From assembly GCA_964395265.1 (NCBI GenBank), contig CAYNDM010000002.1, positions 1 through 38,475 of the forward strand: a DNA stretch of 38,475 nt. The letters are read 5' to 3'. Both the position numbers and the translations under genes were made by a program. Positions 8,308 through 16,383 of this stretch are shown in pieces. Position 1 is the first letter of the stretch. The number at the start of each line of letters is the position of its first letter. The stretch comes from an uncultured Bacteriovoracaceae bacterium (GTDB taxonomy: Bacteria > Bdellovibrionota > UBA1018). Below the pieces are notes generated by a model, which saw only the letters and a program-made list of their open reading frames with translations, made no database searches and was not told the DNA's origin.

Positions 8308-9540
8308 TCAAGTCGCGTTGGATCCGCCTCCGGCGCTGGAGCTTTCGTTGCCCACATAGCTTTCGAGCCAGAGCAGGCGGTCGATCTCGGGCTCGTCCGC
8401 GAAAAGCATCGCGATCCGGTCGACTCCCATCGCGATCCCTCCGGAAGGTGGCATGCCTTCGTCAAGGGCCGAGAGAAACTCCTCGTCGATGGGGCAGCGA
8501 GGAAACGAAGGGCCATACGTGCGCTCTCGCAGGTCCATGTCCCTGGTGAAGCGCATGCGCTGCTCGGCTGGATCCGTCAGCTCTTCGAAGGCGTTGCCCA
8601 GCTCGAGGCCGCCCGCATAGACTTCGAAGCGCCGGGCCCATTTCGAGCCATCCGGGTCCTGGTCGATCACCGAAAGGGCGGCTTGTGATGCAGGATAGCG
8701 CATGACGATCACCGCTCGGTCGGACGGCAGGGAGGGCTCGATGACGTTGAGCCAGATGAGGAAGAACAGATCGTCCCAGCTCGCGTTTTCCGGAGCCTTC
8801 AGCCCCAAACGCCGGCAATGCGAACGCAGCTCCGCCTGATCCGAGAAGGCGAGATCGATCCCCAGCTGACCGTAAAGCTCCCTGATTCGCAGCTTGGGCC
8901 ATGGAGTCTGAAGCGAAATCCGCCTTCCTTGATACTGGATCACGGGCTCGCCGTGAATCGATTCGGCGATGGCGCAAAAAAGCTCCTCCACATCACGCAT
9001 AATCTTCTCGTAGCCTGCATAGGCGCGGTACCATTCGAGCAGGGTAAACTCCGGGTGATGGGTCGAGGATTTGGGCTCGAGTCTGAACGCCTGGGAGATC
9101 TGAAAAATCCGTTCGAGCCCTCCGACCAGGAGGCGCTTCATGGCGAACTCAGGCGAGGTGGGCAGGTAGGACCCGGTTTTCAGAGCGAACGGGCGAATAT
9201 GAGGCTCCATGCCGGGGGAGGGTACCAATAGGGGAGTGCGGGTCTCATGAAAGCCGCGGGAGCGAAAGTGCTGCCGGATCGCGGTCTCGACCTGGTCCCG
9301 AACGCGCAGGGCCCGGAGGCGCCGGGGGTCGAGCACCCGGTCCATCCAGCGCATGCTTCGTCCCGGGCTCCGGTTGGGCGTCAGCAGCCGCGCCTGGCCG
9401 TTTTTGACCTCGACCAGGTCCCCAAGGCCGAAGGCGTCCCCTCCGTCGATCCGCACTCGGAGCTCCCCGTTCTCGTTTCGGAGGACGGCCTCGCCTTCGA
9501 TGAGTTGGACGCATCGTCCATACGCCAGAGTCATGGTCAT
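8308..9540 (-). CDS. epmA: EpmA/PoxA(GenX)-like class II lysyl-tRNA-synthetase paralog (EF-P beta-lysine ligase type) with an extra ~60-aa N-terminal domain
   Basis: Class II motifs are present: GFHETRTPLLV, HHPEFTLLEWY, and GGIAMGVDRIAMLF (motif 3). The start is set at MTMTLAYG (9540). The 162 codons upstream in the track ORF are the antisense of the Lys-rich gene. Confidence 0.7.
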   Translation of the reverse strand: MTMTLAYGRCVQLIEGEAVLRNENGELRVRIDGGDAFGLGDLVEVKNGQARLLTPNRSPGRSMRWMDRVLDPRRLRALRVRDQVETAIRQHFRSRGFHETRTPLLVPSPGMEPHIRPFALKTGSYLPTSPEFAMKRLLVGGLERIFQISQAFRLEPKSSTHHPEFTLLEWYRAYAGYEKIMRDVEELFCAIAESIHGEPVIQYQGRRISLQTPWPKLRIRELYGQLGIDLAFSDQAELRSHCRRLGLKAPENASWDDLFFLIWLNVIEPSLPSDRAVIVMRYPASQAALSVIDQDPDGSKWARRFEVYAGGLELGNAFEELTDPAEQRMRFTRDMDLRERTYGPSFPRCPIDEEFLSALDEGMPPSGGIAMGVDRIAMLFADEPEIDRLLWLESYVGNESSSAGGGSNAT

Positions 9541-9678
9541 GGGTTCCAATCTGTACCGGTCCGTCAAACGGCTGACAAGCCGTGAGTTCGCCGGACCGGA
9601 GGGGTGCGAGCCCGATGAGATCCCTCTTGTAAGGTCCAAAAATCCCGCTGAAGATAAATGTACCTTGAAGGAGATCCT

Positions 9679-10122
9679 ATGAAAAACATGATCGTCACTC
9701 TGGTAGCGACACTGGCTCTGTCGGCGGGAGCGATTGCGGATGATACTTTCTCCGCGGCTTCCTCTGGATTCGATACGATTCGCTCCAGCGCTTCTGGCAC
9801 GACAACCGCCAAGAAGAAGAAAGCCAAGAACGCCAACAAGAAGGTTGCCAAAGGCACTGCCAAGGCTAAGAAAAAAAACCAGAAGCAGGCCAAGAAGACC
9901 AAGAATGAGGCGAAGAAAAAGACCGCTAAAGCCAAGGCGAAGAACAACGGCCGCAGCATCGCCAGCACGAAGCCGAAGAAGAGCGCAAAGAAAAAGGTCG
10001 AACAGGCCGCGCCTTTGGTGGAGCATGAGATGGAGCAGGACGCTATGCCTGCGAACGATCCAATGCCGTCTTCAGACGATATGGGCGAAGCTCTTCTTCC
10101 CGGCGATATGCCAACCCAGTAA
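9679..10122 (+). CDS. Exported lysine-rich (KAKK-repeat) protein with acidic C-terminal tail
   Basis: GGAG lies 7 nt upstream of the ATG at 9679. The signal peptide is MKNMIVTLVATLALSAGAIA|DD. About 80 residues follow that are dominated by K/A (KKKKAKNANKKVAKGTAKAKKKNQKQAKKTKNEAKKKTAKAKAK), then a D/E/M/P-rich tail. A terminator follows. Confidence 0.7.
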   Translation: MKNMIVTLVATLALSAGAIADDTFSAASSGFDTIRSSASGTTTAKKKKAKNANKKVAKGTAKAKKKNQKQAKKTKNEAKKKTAKAKAKNNGRSIASTKPKKSAKKKVEQAAPLVEHEMEQDAMPANDPMPSSDDMGEALLPGDMPTQ

Positions 10123-10151
10123 GCGTTTCATTCAAAAAACGAATCCGCAAG

Positions 10152-10185
10152 GGCCGGCGCTCGCACTGAGCAGCCGGCCTTTTTT
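10152..10185 (+). terminator. Rho-independent terminator
   Basis: GGCCGGC (10152-10158) pairs with GCCGGCC (10173-10179) and is followed by TTTTTT (10180-10185), 30 nt after the stop codon. Confidence 0.75.
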
Positions 10186-10291
10186 ATTGGGCGCGGCATG
10201 AGTTCCTGGAGTCGGGGCCGACCGCGAATCAAGCCCGAATTCGAACGCCACCGGCCGGGCAGGCACTGGCGCAATCCGCGAACGCGGCGTT

Positions 10292-11731
10292 ATGATGCCC
10301 TTCATGCCTTTGATGCGGATTCGCCGTCTCGATCTCCAAGCCAAGATCAGCCTCGTTCTGGTCGCGGTGATTCTGCCTACTTTCCTGATCGTCACCGTTC
10401 TCCAGCACCAGCTCGCTCAAGTCGTCCTTCAGCAGGAGATCAGACAGGTCGGGCTCGCTTCAGCCAAGACCCTGGCAAGCGAGATCGTCCGGCAGCGATA
10501 CCTCTTGCGTCCGGATCCGCAAAAGGCCATAGAGGCGCATTTGCAGGAGTACCTCTACGCCCAGCCGAATATTCTCAAAATGGACGTGATCGCGAAGGAT
10601 CCCGCTACTGGGCGGCCGATTCGCGTCGCCTCGAATATCGAAGAGGAGCCGGGCGCGCTTCAATCGGATCTCCTGCTGGTCGAGAAGGAAACCTCGATAT
10701 TTCGTTTCGACGAGGAGCTTGGCCTCGGGATGTGGGAGATTCATGTTCCCATCGAGCGGAAGAGCCGGGCCCCCAACGGAGGCAAGAGGAACCTGGGCAC
10801 CGTGCATGCCTTGGTCTCGACGAGCGTTCTGAACCAGATCGAGGGGCCGCTTTGGCGGACGAGCGCGACGGCGGCCGCGTTGAGCGTCTTCGTCTTGGTT
10901 CTCGTCCTCAGTTATTTTCTTCGAAAGACGATCGCGAACGATCGCAAGCTGCGTCGCGCGGAGGACCAGAACCTGGAGCTGACCCAGCAGCTTCACGATG
11001 CCCATAGGCAGTTGATGAACACCGAGAAGCTTGCGGTCATGGGGCAGCTCACCGCCAGCTTCGCTCACGAGATCGGCACTCCCCTGAACGCGATTGGTGG
11101 CCATCTTCAGCTCCTTCAGGAGGAGGTCGAAAGCGTCGCACCCGCTCGCGAACGGCTGGGAATCATCGAGGGACAAGTCAAGAAGATCGAAAGGATCGTC
11201 CGGGATTTCTTGCAGAGCACCGCGAAGCCTGCTTCGCAGAGACAGCTGGTCGATCTGAACCGCTTGGCGGATCAGACAGTCAATCTCGTGCGTCCCAGAG
11301 CTGAAGCGATGGAAGTCACGGTCCGGCGCAATCTCGATCGCTCGATCGGGCCATTGCGCGCTGTCCCGATCGATCTCGAGCAAGTCCTGTTGAATCTGGT
11401 GAACAACTCCTTGGATTCGATCCAGAGCAGCGCCGAAAAGAATGATCACCGGAGGCGTCTTCTGGAAATCAGGACCGGTTTGCAGAACAAGAATTCCAAG
11501 GACTGGGCGGTCGTTACGGTTTACGACACCGGCGAGGGGATCCCCAAAGGGGATCTCAAGAAGGTGCTCAAGCCGTTTTTTACGACCAAGCGGCCGGGGC
11601 AAGGCACCGGTCTTGGGTTGACCATTTGCCAGCAGCTCGTCCAGAAATACGGGGGCGTGCTGGATATCGACTCCAGGGAGGGGGCCTGGACTCGCATCTC
11701 CGTCAGAATCCCCTATGAGGAAAGCCGATGA
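10292..11731 (+). CDS. Membrane sensor histidine kinase (NtrB/AtoS-like)
   Basis: N-terminal TM segment (ISLVLVAVILPTFLIVTVL) and a second TM (AAALSVFVLVLVLSYFL). HisKA H-box is SFAHEIGTPLNAI; HATPase_c boxes are LLNLVNNSLDS, DTGEGI and GTGLGLTICQQL. The stop overlaps the start of the next gene (ATGA). The start may be the internal MRIRRL (10313). Confidence 0.85.
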   Translation: MMPFMPLMRIRRLDLQAKISLVLVAVILPTFLIVTVLQHQLAQVVLQQEIRQVGLASAKTLASEIVRQRYLLRPDPQKAIEAHLQEYLYAQPNILKMDVIAKDPATGRPIRVASNIEEEPGALQSDLLLVEKETSIFRFDEELGLGMWEIHVPIERKSRAPNGGKRNLGTVHALVSTSVLNQIEGPLWRTSATAAALSVFVLVLVLSYFLRKTIANDRKLRRAEDQNLELTQQLHDAHRQLMNTEKLAVMGQLTASFAHEIGTPLNAIGGHLQLLQEEVESVAPARERLGIIEGQVKKIERIVRDFLQSTAKPASQRQLVDLNRLADQTVNLVRPRAEAMEVTVRRNLDRSIGPLRAVPIDLEQVLLNLVNNSLDSIQSSAEKNDHRRRLLEIRTGLQNKNSKDWAVVTVYDTGEGIPKGDLKKVLKPFFTTKRPGQGTGLGLTICQQLVQKYGGVLDIDSREGAWTRISVRIPYEESR

Positions 11732-13032
11732 AGATCCTGGTCGCCGATGATGATGAGGTCACCCGCAAGCTTCTCCAGGAAGTCCTGGTGAAGGAAGGAT
11801 ATTCGATTTATCTCGCGCCCAGCGGCGAGAGGGCCGTGGAGCTCTTGCGGCGCGAGTCCTTCGGGGTAGTGCTTTCCGACATCCGGATGATCGAGCTCGA
11901 CGGAATGTCCGTGCTTCGCGAAGTGAAGAAGTCCGGAGCCCGGTCCGCGGTGATCCTGATGACGGGTTTCGGGAGCATGGAAGGAGCCATCGAAGCCATC
12001 CAGGAAGGGGCGTTCGATTACGTCAGCAAGCCCTTTCAAATCCAGGATCTCAAGGCCGTCATCGCGCGGGCCGCGAAGCATTGGGAGGCGTTGAGCTTGC
12101 GCGCTCAGTCGGGCTCGAGCGGTTCCTTTCGGCCGATCGGCGCGGCGACTCAGGCCGTGATCGGAAAATCCCCGAAGATCGTCGAAGTCTATAAAACTCT
12201 TGCCCGCGCGGCGCTGTCCACGAGCAATGTTCTCATCGTGGGAGAGGGCGGGACCGGAAAGGAGCTGGCCGCGCGCGCGATTCACGACAACAGCTCCAGG
12301 CGTGACAAGCCTTTTGTGACCCTGAACTGCAGCGGCGTTTCAGAGCTTGCGCTCGAAGCGGAGCTTTTGGGCGAAGCTGGCAGGTCCGGCGCGGTCGACG
12401 AGGAGCCGGGAGGCACTTTGTACCTTGAGGAGGTACACGACCTTCCTCCCTCGTTGCAGGTGAAATTGGTGACGGTGCTCGAAAAGCGGAAGTCGCAAGT
12501 CAGGGTGATCGCGGCGACGCCAAAAGACCTGGGGGCGCTTTTGCGGGAGGGGCGTTTTCGGGAAGATCTCTTTTATCGCCTCGAGGTCATTCGGATCGAG
12601 CTCCCGCCGCTCCGTGCCAGGAAGGATGACATTCCCGAGCTGGTCGAGCACTTCCTGAGGCGCTACTCAGCGCTTAATCAAAAGCCTGTCTCGCATGTTT
12701 CGGACGAGGCGATGGAGCTGCTGATGAAGTACTCCTGGCCCGGGAATATTCGCGAGCTGGAGCATGTCATCGAGCGCGCGGTGGTGATGAGCGGGACCGA
12801 AGTGCTTTTCGTCGAGGACTTCCCCGCCGAGATCGCGGGAGGCCGGCCGCAGGAGACGCGGGAAGAGCCGGGCCCCCCGACGTCGCTGGAGGCCGTGGAG
12901 CGATCTCACATCCTCAAGGTGTTGCAGGAGGTGCGGTTCAACAAGTCACGCGCCTCTGAGGTCCTGGGAATCGATCGCGCGACTCTCTATCGAAAGGCGC
13001 AGCGATACGGTATCGACCTGAGGAGCAGATAG
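11728..13032 (+). CDS. NtrC-family response regulator (REC + AAA+ + Fis HTH) with degenerate sigma-54 contact loop
   Basis: REC: MKILVADDDE..., phospho-acceptor context VLSDIRM. AAA+: GEGGTGKE, WPGNIRELEHV. C-terminal HTH: NKSRASEVLGIDRATLYRKAQRYGI. The GAFTGA position reads ELLGEAGRSGAVDEE, and the region before VRVIAAT is shortened. Confidence 0.85.
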   Translation: MKILVADDDEVTRKLLQEVLVKEGYSIYLAPSGERAVELLRRESFGVVLSDIRMIELDGMSVLREVKKSGARSAVILMTGFGSMEGAIEAIQEGAFDYVSKPFQIQDLKAVIARAAKHWEALSLRAQSGSSGSFRPIGAATQAVIGKSPKIVEVYKTLARAALSTSNVLIVGEGGTGKELAARAIHDNSSRRDKPFVTLNCSGVSELALEAELLGEAGRSGAVDEEPGGTLYLEEVHDLPPSLQVKLVTVLEKRKSQVRVIAATPKDLGALLREGRFREDLFYRLEVIRIELPPLRARKDDIPELVEHFLRRYSALNQKPVSHVSDEAMELLMKYSWPGNIRELEHVIERAVVMSGTEVLFVEDFPAEIAGGRPQETREEPGPPTSLEAVERSHILKVLQEVRFNKSRASEVLGIDRATLYRKAQRYGIDLRSR

Positions 13033-13650
13033 ATGCGATTGGATGACCCTGGGCTGAACGAATTCGCGAAGCGGCTTCACCGCGCCTTGCAGCTCGACTT
13101 TCCGCACGATCGCTCACCCCATCTCCCGCCGGTGCTCAAGCCTGGGGTGAGAGTGGCGTCGGTCCTCGCGCTCTTCGATCCCTCGATCGATCCGGCATTG
13201 CTTCTGACTCGTCGGACCGAGACCGTCAAGACCCATAAGGGACAAATCGCGTTTCCTGGGGGAATGATCGATCCGCGAGATCTCGATGAAGTCGATACTG
13301 CTCTGCGCGAGACCGAAGAAGAGATTGGGATCCCACGCGAGACTGTCATCGTCGTGGGTAAGATGCCGGACCTTTGGACCGCTACAGGATTTCGTGTCAC
13401 CCCGGTAGTCGGGGTCCTGAAAATCCCTCGCGACGAAATCCGCCTCCGGCCCAGCGCCGAGGAGATCGCCGAGGTTTTTTGGGCGCCCTTGAACCTTCTT
13501 TTGAACCCTGAGACCTATCGCAGCGAGGAAATGAGGGCAGGCGCGTTCAAGTACAGGACCGACGTTTACCAGATCGGGGAACATCGCGTCTGGGGAGCGA
13601 CGGCGGCCATGATCAAGAATCTTCTCGATCGGCTGCGGGCTTTGGAGTAA
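13033..13650 (+). CDS. Nudix hydrolase, CoA pyrophosphatase subfamily
   Basis: Nudix box GGMIDPRDLDEVDTALRETEEEIGI, preceded by the CoAse-type motif LLLTRRTETVKTHKGQIAFPGG. The start directly abuts the upstream stop codon. Confidence 0.8.
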   Translation: MRLDDPGLNEFAKRLHRALQLDFPHDRSPHLPPVLKPGVRVASVLALFDPSIDPALLLTRRTETVKTHKGQIAFPGGMIDPRDLDEVDTALRETEEEIGIPRETVIVVGKMPDLWTATGFRVTPVVGVLKIPRDEIRLRPSAEEIAEVFWAPLNLLLNPETYRSEEMRAGAFKYRTDVYQIGEHRVWGATAAMIKNLLDRLRALE

Positions 13651-13659
13651 ATCGGAGGC

Positions 13660-14202
13660 ATGATCCAACTTCGCAATCGCCCAGGCCTGGGATTCATCGT
13701 CGTTATTTTCCTGATCGCGGTCGTGACGCTGACTTCGGTCGTCAGCGCTCAAGAAATAGAGTCGTCGGCCGAGCCCTGGAAGGGGACGCCTCCGGACAAG
13801 GAGATCCACGTGGGGGCTCTTGCCGGACTGGGTATCATCGACACGACTCCCGGGTTCGCCCTGATCGGAATGGCCTCGAAGAAAATCCTCTCCGAGGGCT
13901 GGATCCCGGATATCAATGATCAGGTCTTCATCGAAGCCGAAATCGGCCCCATGTTCAACTCCGGGCACACTTACTGGATTTTCAGCGGGCATCTTCGCTG
14001 GGATTTCGTTCGAGACGATCAGTGGACGTTTTTCGCTCTGGGCGGATTAGGGGGGAACATCACTGGGGCCTCCTTGGGAGACCGCGCGGCGGTTTTTCCG
14101 CGTATCGGAGTAGGAGCTTTCTATCGGGTGGCGGACAATCTCCTGATCCGAGGCGAGCTGAGCCACGAGTTGATCGCGGCCGGGGTCTCATTTCCGTTCT
14201 GA
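13660..14202 (+). CDS. Small outer-membrane beta-barrel-like protein
   Basis: Signal/TM segment GLGFIVVIFLIAVVTLTSVVSAQE. The body is Gly/aromatic-rich with alternating segments, and the terminus is ..AAGVSFPF. Confidence 0.5.
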   Translation: MIQLRNRPGLGFIVVIFLIAVVTLTSVVSAQEIESSAEPWKGTPPDKEIHVGALAGLGIIDTTPGFALIGMASKKILSEGWIPDINDQVFIEAEIGPMFNSGHTYWIFSGHLRWDFVRDDQWTFFALGGLGGNITGASLGDRAAVFPRIGVGAFYRVADNLLIRGELSHELIAAGVSFPF

Positions 14203-14214
14203 ATCGGGCGACGA

Positions 14215-14991
14215 TCAGAAATTAGCGTGAGGCGGGATCCTGAACTCCTTGGCCGGAGCCGATTCCGGCTTCTCGCGTGATCGTTTTTTCTTGGTGGACG
14301 CCGATGGGTGGCGATCCTTTTCGGCGGTGCGGGCGCTGGCGAGCTCGCTCCTGAGCCGTTGAGCGAACGCTTTCAACATCGCTTCATAGGCGCGATCGAC
14401 TTTGTTCTGTAGATCGAGAATTTCGTTGTGCCCGAGCGCGAGCGAGCCTTGAGGAAGGACGTCGCGAATGATGGGCTTGGTGAGCTCATAGCGCACCCGA
14501 TGTTTCATCAGGTCGATCGATTCTTGAGCCAGGGGGACCTGCTCGGGGCCGGTCAGCGAGGGGTCCTTCAGTTGAAAGGCGAAATCGGCCATCTCGACCG
14601 TGATCTTCTCGATGACTTCCTTGCCCGCGAGAGGGGTATCCCAGCGTCCCAGGCCGTTCTTAGCCATGCATTCCCAAGTCTGAAGCGCGTGCCTGAGCTC
14701 GTCGTCGGGAGAGGCCTTGTTCGCGAGCTGATTGACCCGGCTCATAGCCAGAGTGAGCAGCTCGGCTCCGGAGGTTCCTGGGGTCTCGGAGGACTGAATG
14801 CGTTGGAACTCGCTTTTGATGGCCGAAAGCACCAGCTCGCCTCGCTCGTAGAGCTCGGAGGGGGCCGCGCCTAGAGGAAGACAAGTGGGAGATGCGAAGC
14901 TCGCGGAGGGTAGGACCGCGCCGGCGGCGATCACCGAAAAGACGGCCGCCACGGAAAGGGGGGACTGCAAATGCTTTCTCAGCTGGACCAT
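14215..14991 (-). CDS. Hypothetical secreted protein
   Basis: Signal peptide MVQLRKHLQSPLSVAAVFSVIAAGAVLPSASFA. The body is helical-looking, with a basic C-terminal tail. No family recognised. Confidence 0.55.
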   Translation of the reverse strand: MVQLRKHLQSPLSVAAVFSVIAAGAVLPSASFASPTCLPLGAAPSELYERGELVLSAIKSEFQRIQSSETPGTSGAELLTLAMSRVNQLANKASPDDELRHALQTWECMAKNGLGRWDTPLAGKEVIEKITVEMADFAFQLKDPSLTGPEQVPLAQESIDLMKHRVRYELTKPIIRDVLPQGSLALGHNEILDLQNKVDRAYEAMLKAFAQRLRSELASARTAEKDRHPSASTKKKRSREKPESAPAKEFRIPPHANF

Positions 14992-15250
14992 GGATTCGAC
15001 TCCAAAACTCTCGGCATCTTATTTTCTATATTTTAAGTGTACCGCGAAAGCGGGCGGACGAGCCCCATCGCTTTCAAATAGTGGGGAGATGCAAGACGAA
15101 GGCCGCGGCGCGCGGCCTCGGCCTCTCGTTAAGTGATGGATATCCCAGCGCAAGGGACAAGAACCCGACTCGAAGCTGTCCATGCCTTAGACAGTTGGCT
15201 GGATATCCCGGGGCGAGCGGCGACCTGAGCTTAGCGATGAATTATCTTGA

Positions 15251-15506
15251 GGTTCCGTTTTTGGCCAAGGCAAGAATGAGCCTGGGGCACGCCACTCCGA
15301 ACATCATCATGGGGGGCCTTATATCGGCTATCTGATTGCCAAGAGCGCTGGTGGAGAGATCACGGTCGACGGAAAGTCCAAGGAGGTCGAAGTCGACGAG
15401 CGTGACCTGGATGATATCGCCAAGCTCGACTACGGCTTGACCTTCGGTGCTGGTCGGGTTTCAGTTCTGAGGCTGAGGTCGGCAGCCGGCTCAGGCGCTA
15501 GTTGCT
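15251..15506 (+). pseudogene. Remnant of an outer-membrane beta-barrel gene (no start codon, internal fragment only)
   Basis: The frame is open from the TGA at 15248 to the TGA at 15504-15506 and has no start codon. It reads ..HHHGGPYIGYLIAKSAGGEITVDGKSKEVEVDERDLDDIAKLDYGLTFGAGRV.., which resembles the strand-loop-strand pattern (G.Y.GYL....D......DYGL.FGAG) of OMP_b-brl-type proteins. It is truncated where the next gene module begins. Confidence 0.4.
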
Positions 15507-15756
15507 GACTGAGACAGTGGATCGCCATGCGTCTTTGCGTCGCCCATCGACTTCGCTCTAGGGACTTGATTTCCGAGGTCAACGCGAGCAATTCGAGGGT
15601 CCGCGGGTCGACTCGAGAGGGCCAATGGTGCGCCCAGGCTGAAAGCGAAGCATGGGCCACGATCTCAGGTCGATCAATCTCACATCGCTTGTTCGCGTTT
15701 CTTCGTTCTAGGTAGTTGAGCAGGATCTTTCGATACCCCTCTAGATCGAGCGTCAT
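15430..15756 (-). CDS. Hypothetical protein (108 aa)
   Basis: Codon usage is coding-like and the N-terminal ~85 aa look helical. The C-terminal tail reads antisense through the OMP remnant. No family recognised. Confidence 0.4.
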   Translation of the reverse strand: MTLDLEGYRKILLNYLERRNANKRCEIDRPEIVAHASLSAWAHHWPSRVDPRTLELLALTSEIKSLERSRWATQRRMAIHCLSQQLAPEPAADLSLRTETRPAPKVKP

Positions 15757-15786
15757 CTTCAGTTATCATTAGAGCAGGTGAACGAA

Positions 15787-16284
15787 ATGGAGTCAAAGAC
15801 GCTGGCCGAAATTCTGGGCTACCTCTGCGATGAGCTGGGTGGGGACTGGTTGCTGACCGGAGGCTCCTTGGTTCGGCTGGAATTTGACGCTACTCGGGGA
15901 ACCGAGGATGTCGATTTGGTAAGGATCCGACATCCCGAGCTTTCGGATGAGGCCGCTCGGAATGCCCTTTTTCGGTGGCTGATCGATCGCGGACTTGGTC
16001 CCGAATGGGTGAATTCGGCTGTTGAGCCTTTTGTTCGAGAGATCAAGGATTGGCAAAATGAACTCGTGCCGATCCGAAAAGGAAGGCGAGGAGCGCTTTT
16101 TCGACCGAGCTTGACACTTTTCGTTTACCTCAAGCTCAGGAGAGGAAGTGAAGTAGATTGCGAGGATATTCGGAGAGTTGCGCCTCAGTGTCCCGAAGGA
16201 TTGAATGAAGCTAGGCTGCTGAGTTGGATGAGCGAAGCCTTGCGCAAACGATTTGCCGCGCTTCGAGGAAGTTTAGGAATCTGA
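15787..16284 (+). CDS. Hypothetical protein with minimal nucleotidyltransferase-fold signature
   Basis: AGGTGA lies 5 nt upstream of the ATG at 15787 (the track start, GTG 15778, is also possible). LLTGGSLVRLEFDATRGTEDVDLV fits the hG[GS]-x9-13-Dh[DE]h pol-beta-type NTase motif. Confidence 0.5.
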   Translation: MESKTLAEILGYLCDELGGDWLLTGGSLVRLEFDATRGTEDVDLVRIRHPELSDEAARNALFRWLIDRGLGPEWVNSAVEPFVREIKDWQNELVPIRKGRRGALFRPSLTLFVYLKLRRGSEVDCEDIRRVAPQCPEGLNEARLLSWMSEALRKRFAALRGSLGI

Positions 16285-16321
16285 TTCGCACTCGGTGCGA
16301 ACCCTGTCGATCGCGTTTCGC

Positions 16322-16356
16322 ACAAAAGAAAAGGGGCCCCTTTCGGAGCCCCTTTC
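16322..16356. terminator. Bidirectional rho-independent terminator between convergent genes
   Basis: GGGGCCCC (16333-16340), TTTC loop, GGAGCCCC (16345-16352). On the minus strand the hairpin has a GAAA tetraloop and is followed by TTTTCTTTTG, serving the porin gene. On the plus strand it is followed by TTT. Confidence 0.7.
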
Positions 16357-16383
16357 CGGGAGTCAGGTTTTTAGGCCTGAATC

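Noticed and set aside
9541-10026. N-terminal 162 codons of the 572-aa track ORF 8308..10026 (L/F/A-rich, e.g. FLRLILGLLGLLLVFFLSLG)
   Set aside because: This part is the antisense reading of the AAG/GCC-rich lysine-repeat gene on the plus strand. The aaRS-like homology begins only after MTMTLAYG (9540), so it is treated as an ORF-extension artefact.
15430-16284. Interpretation of the 108-aa ORF plus the NTase-fold ORF as a HEPN-MNT toxin-antitoxin pair (the 108-aa protein contains RPEIVAH, an Rx4-6H-like string)
   Set aside because: The genes are divergent rather than co-transcribed. The Rx5H string is N-terminal rather than in the usual C-terminal HEPN context, and a single short motif match is weak evidence.
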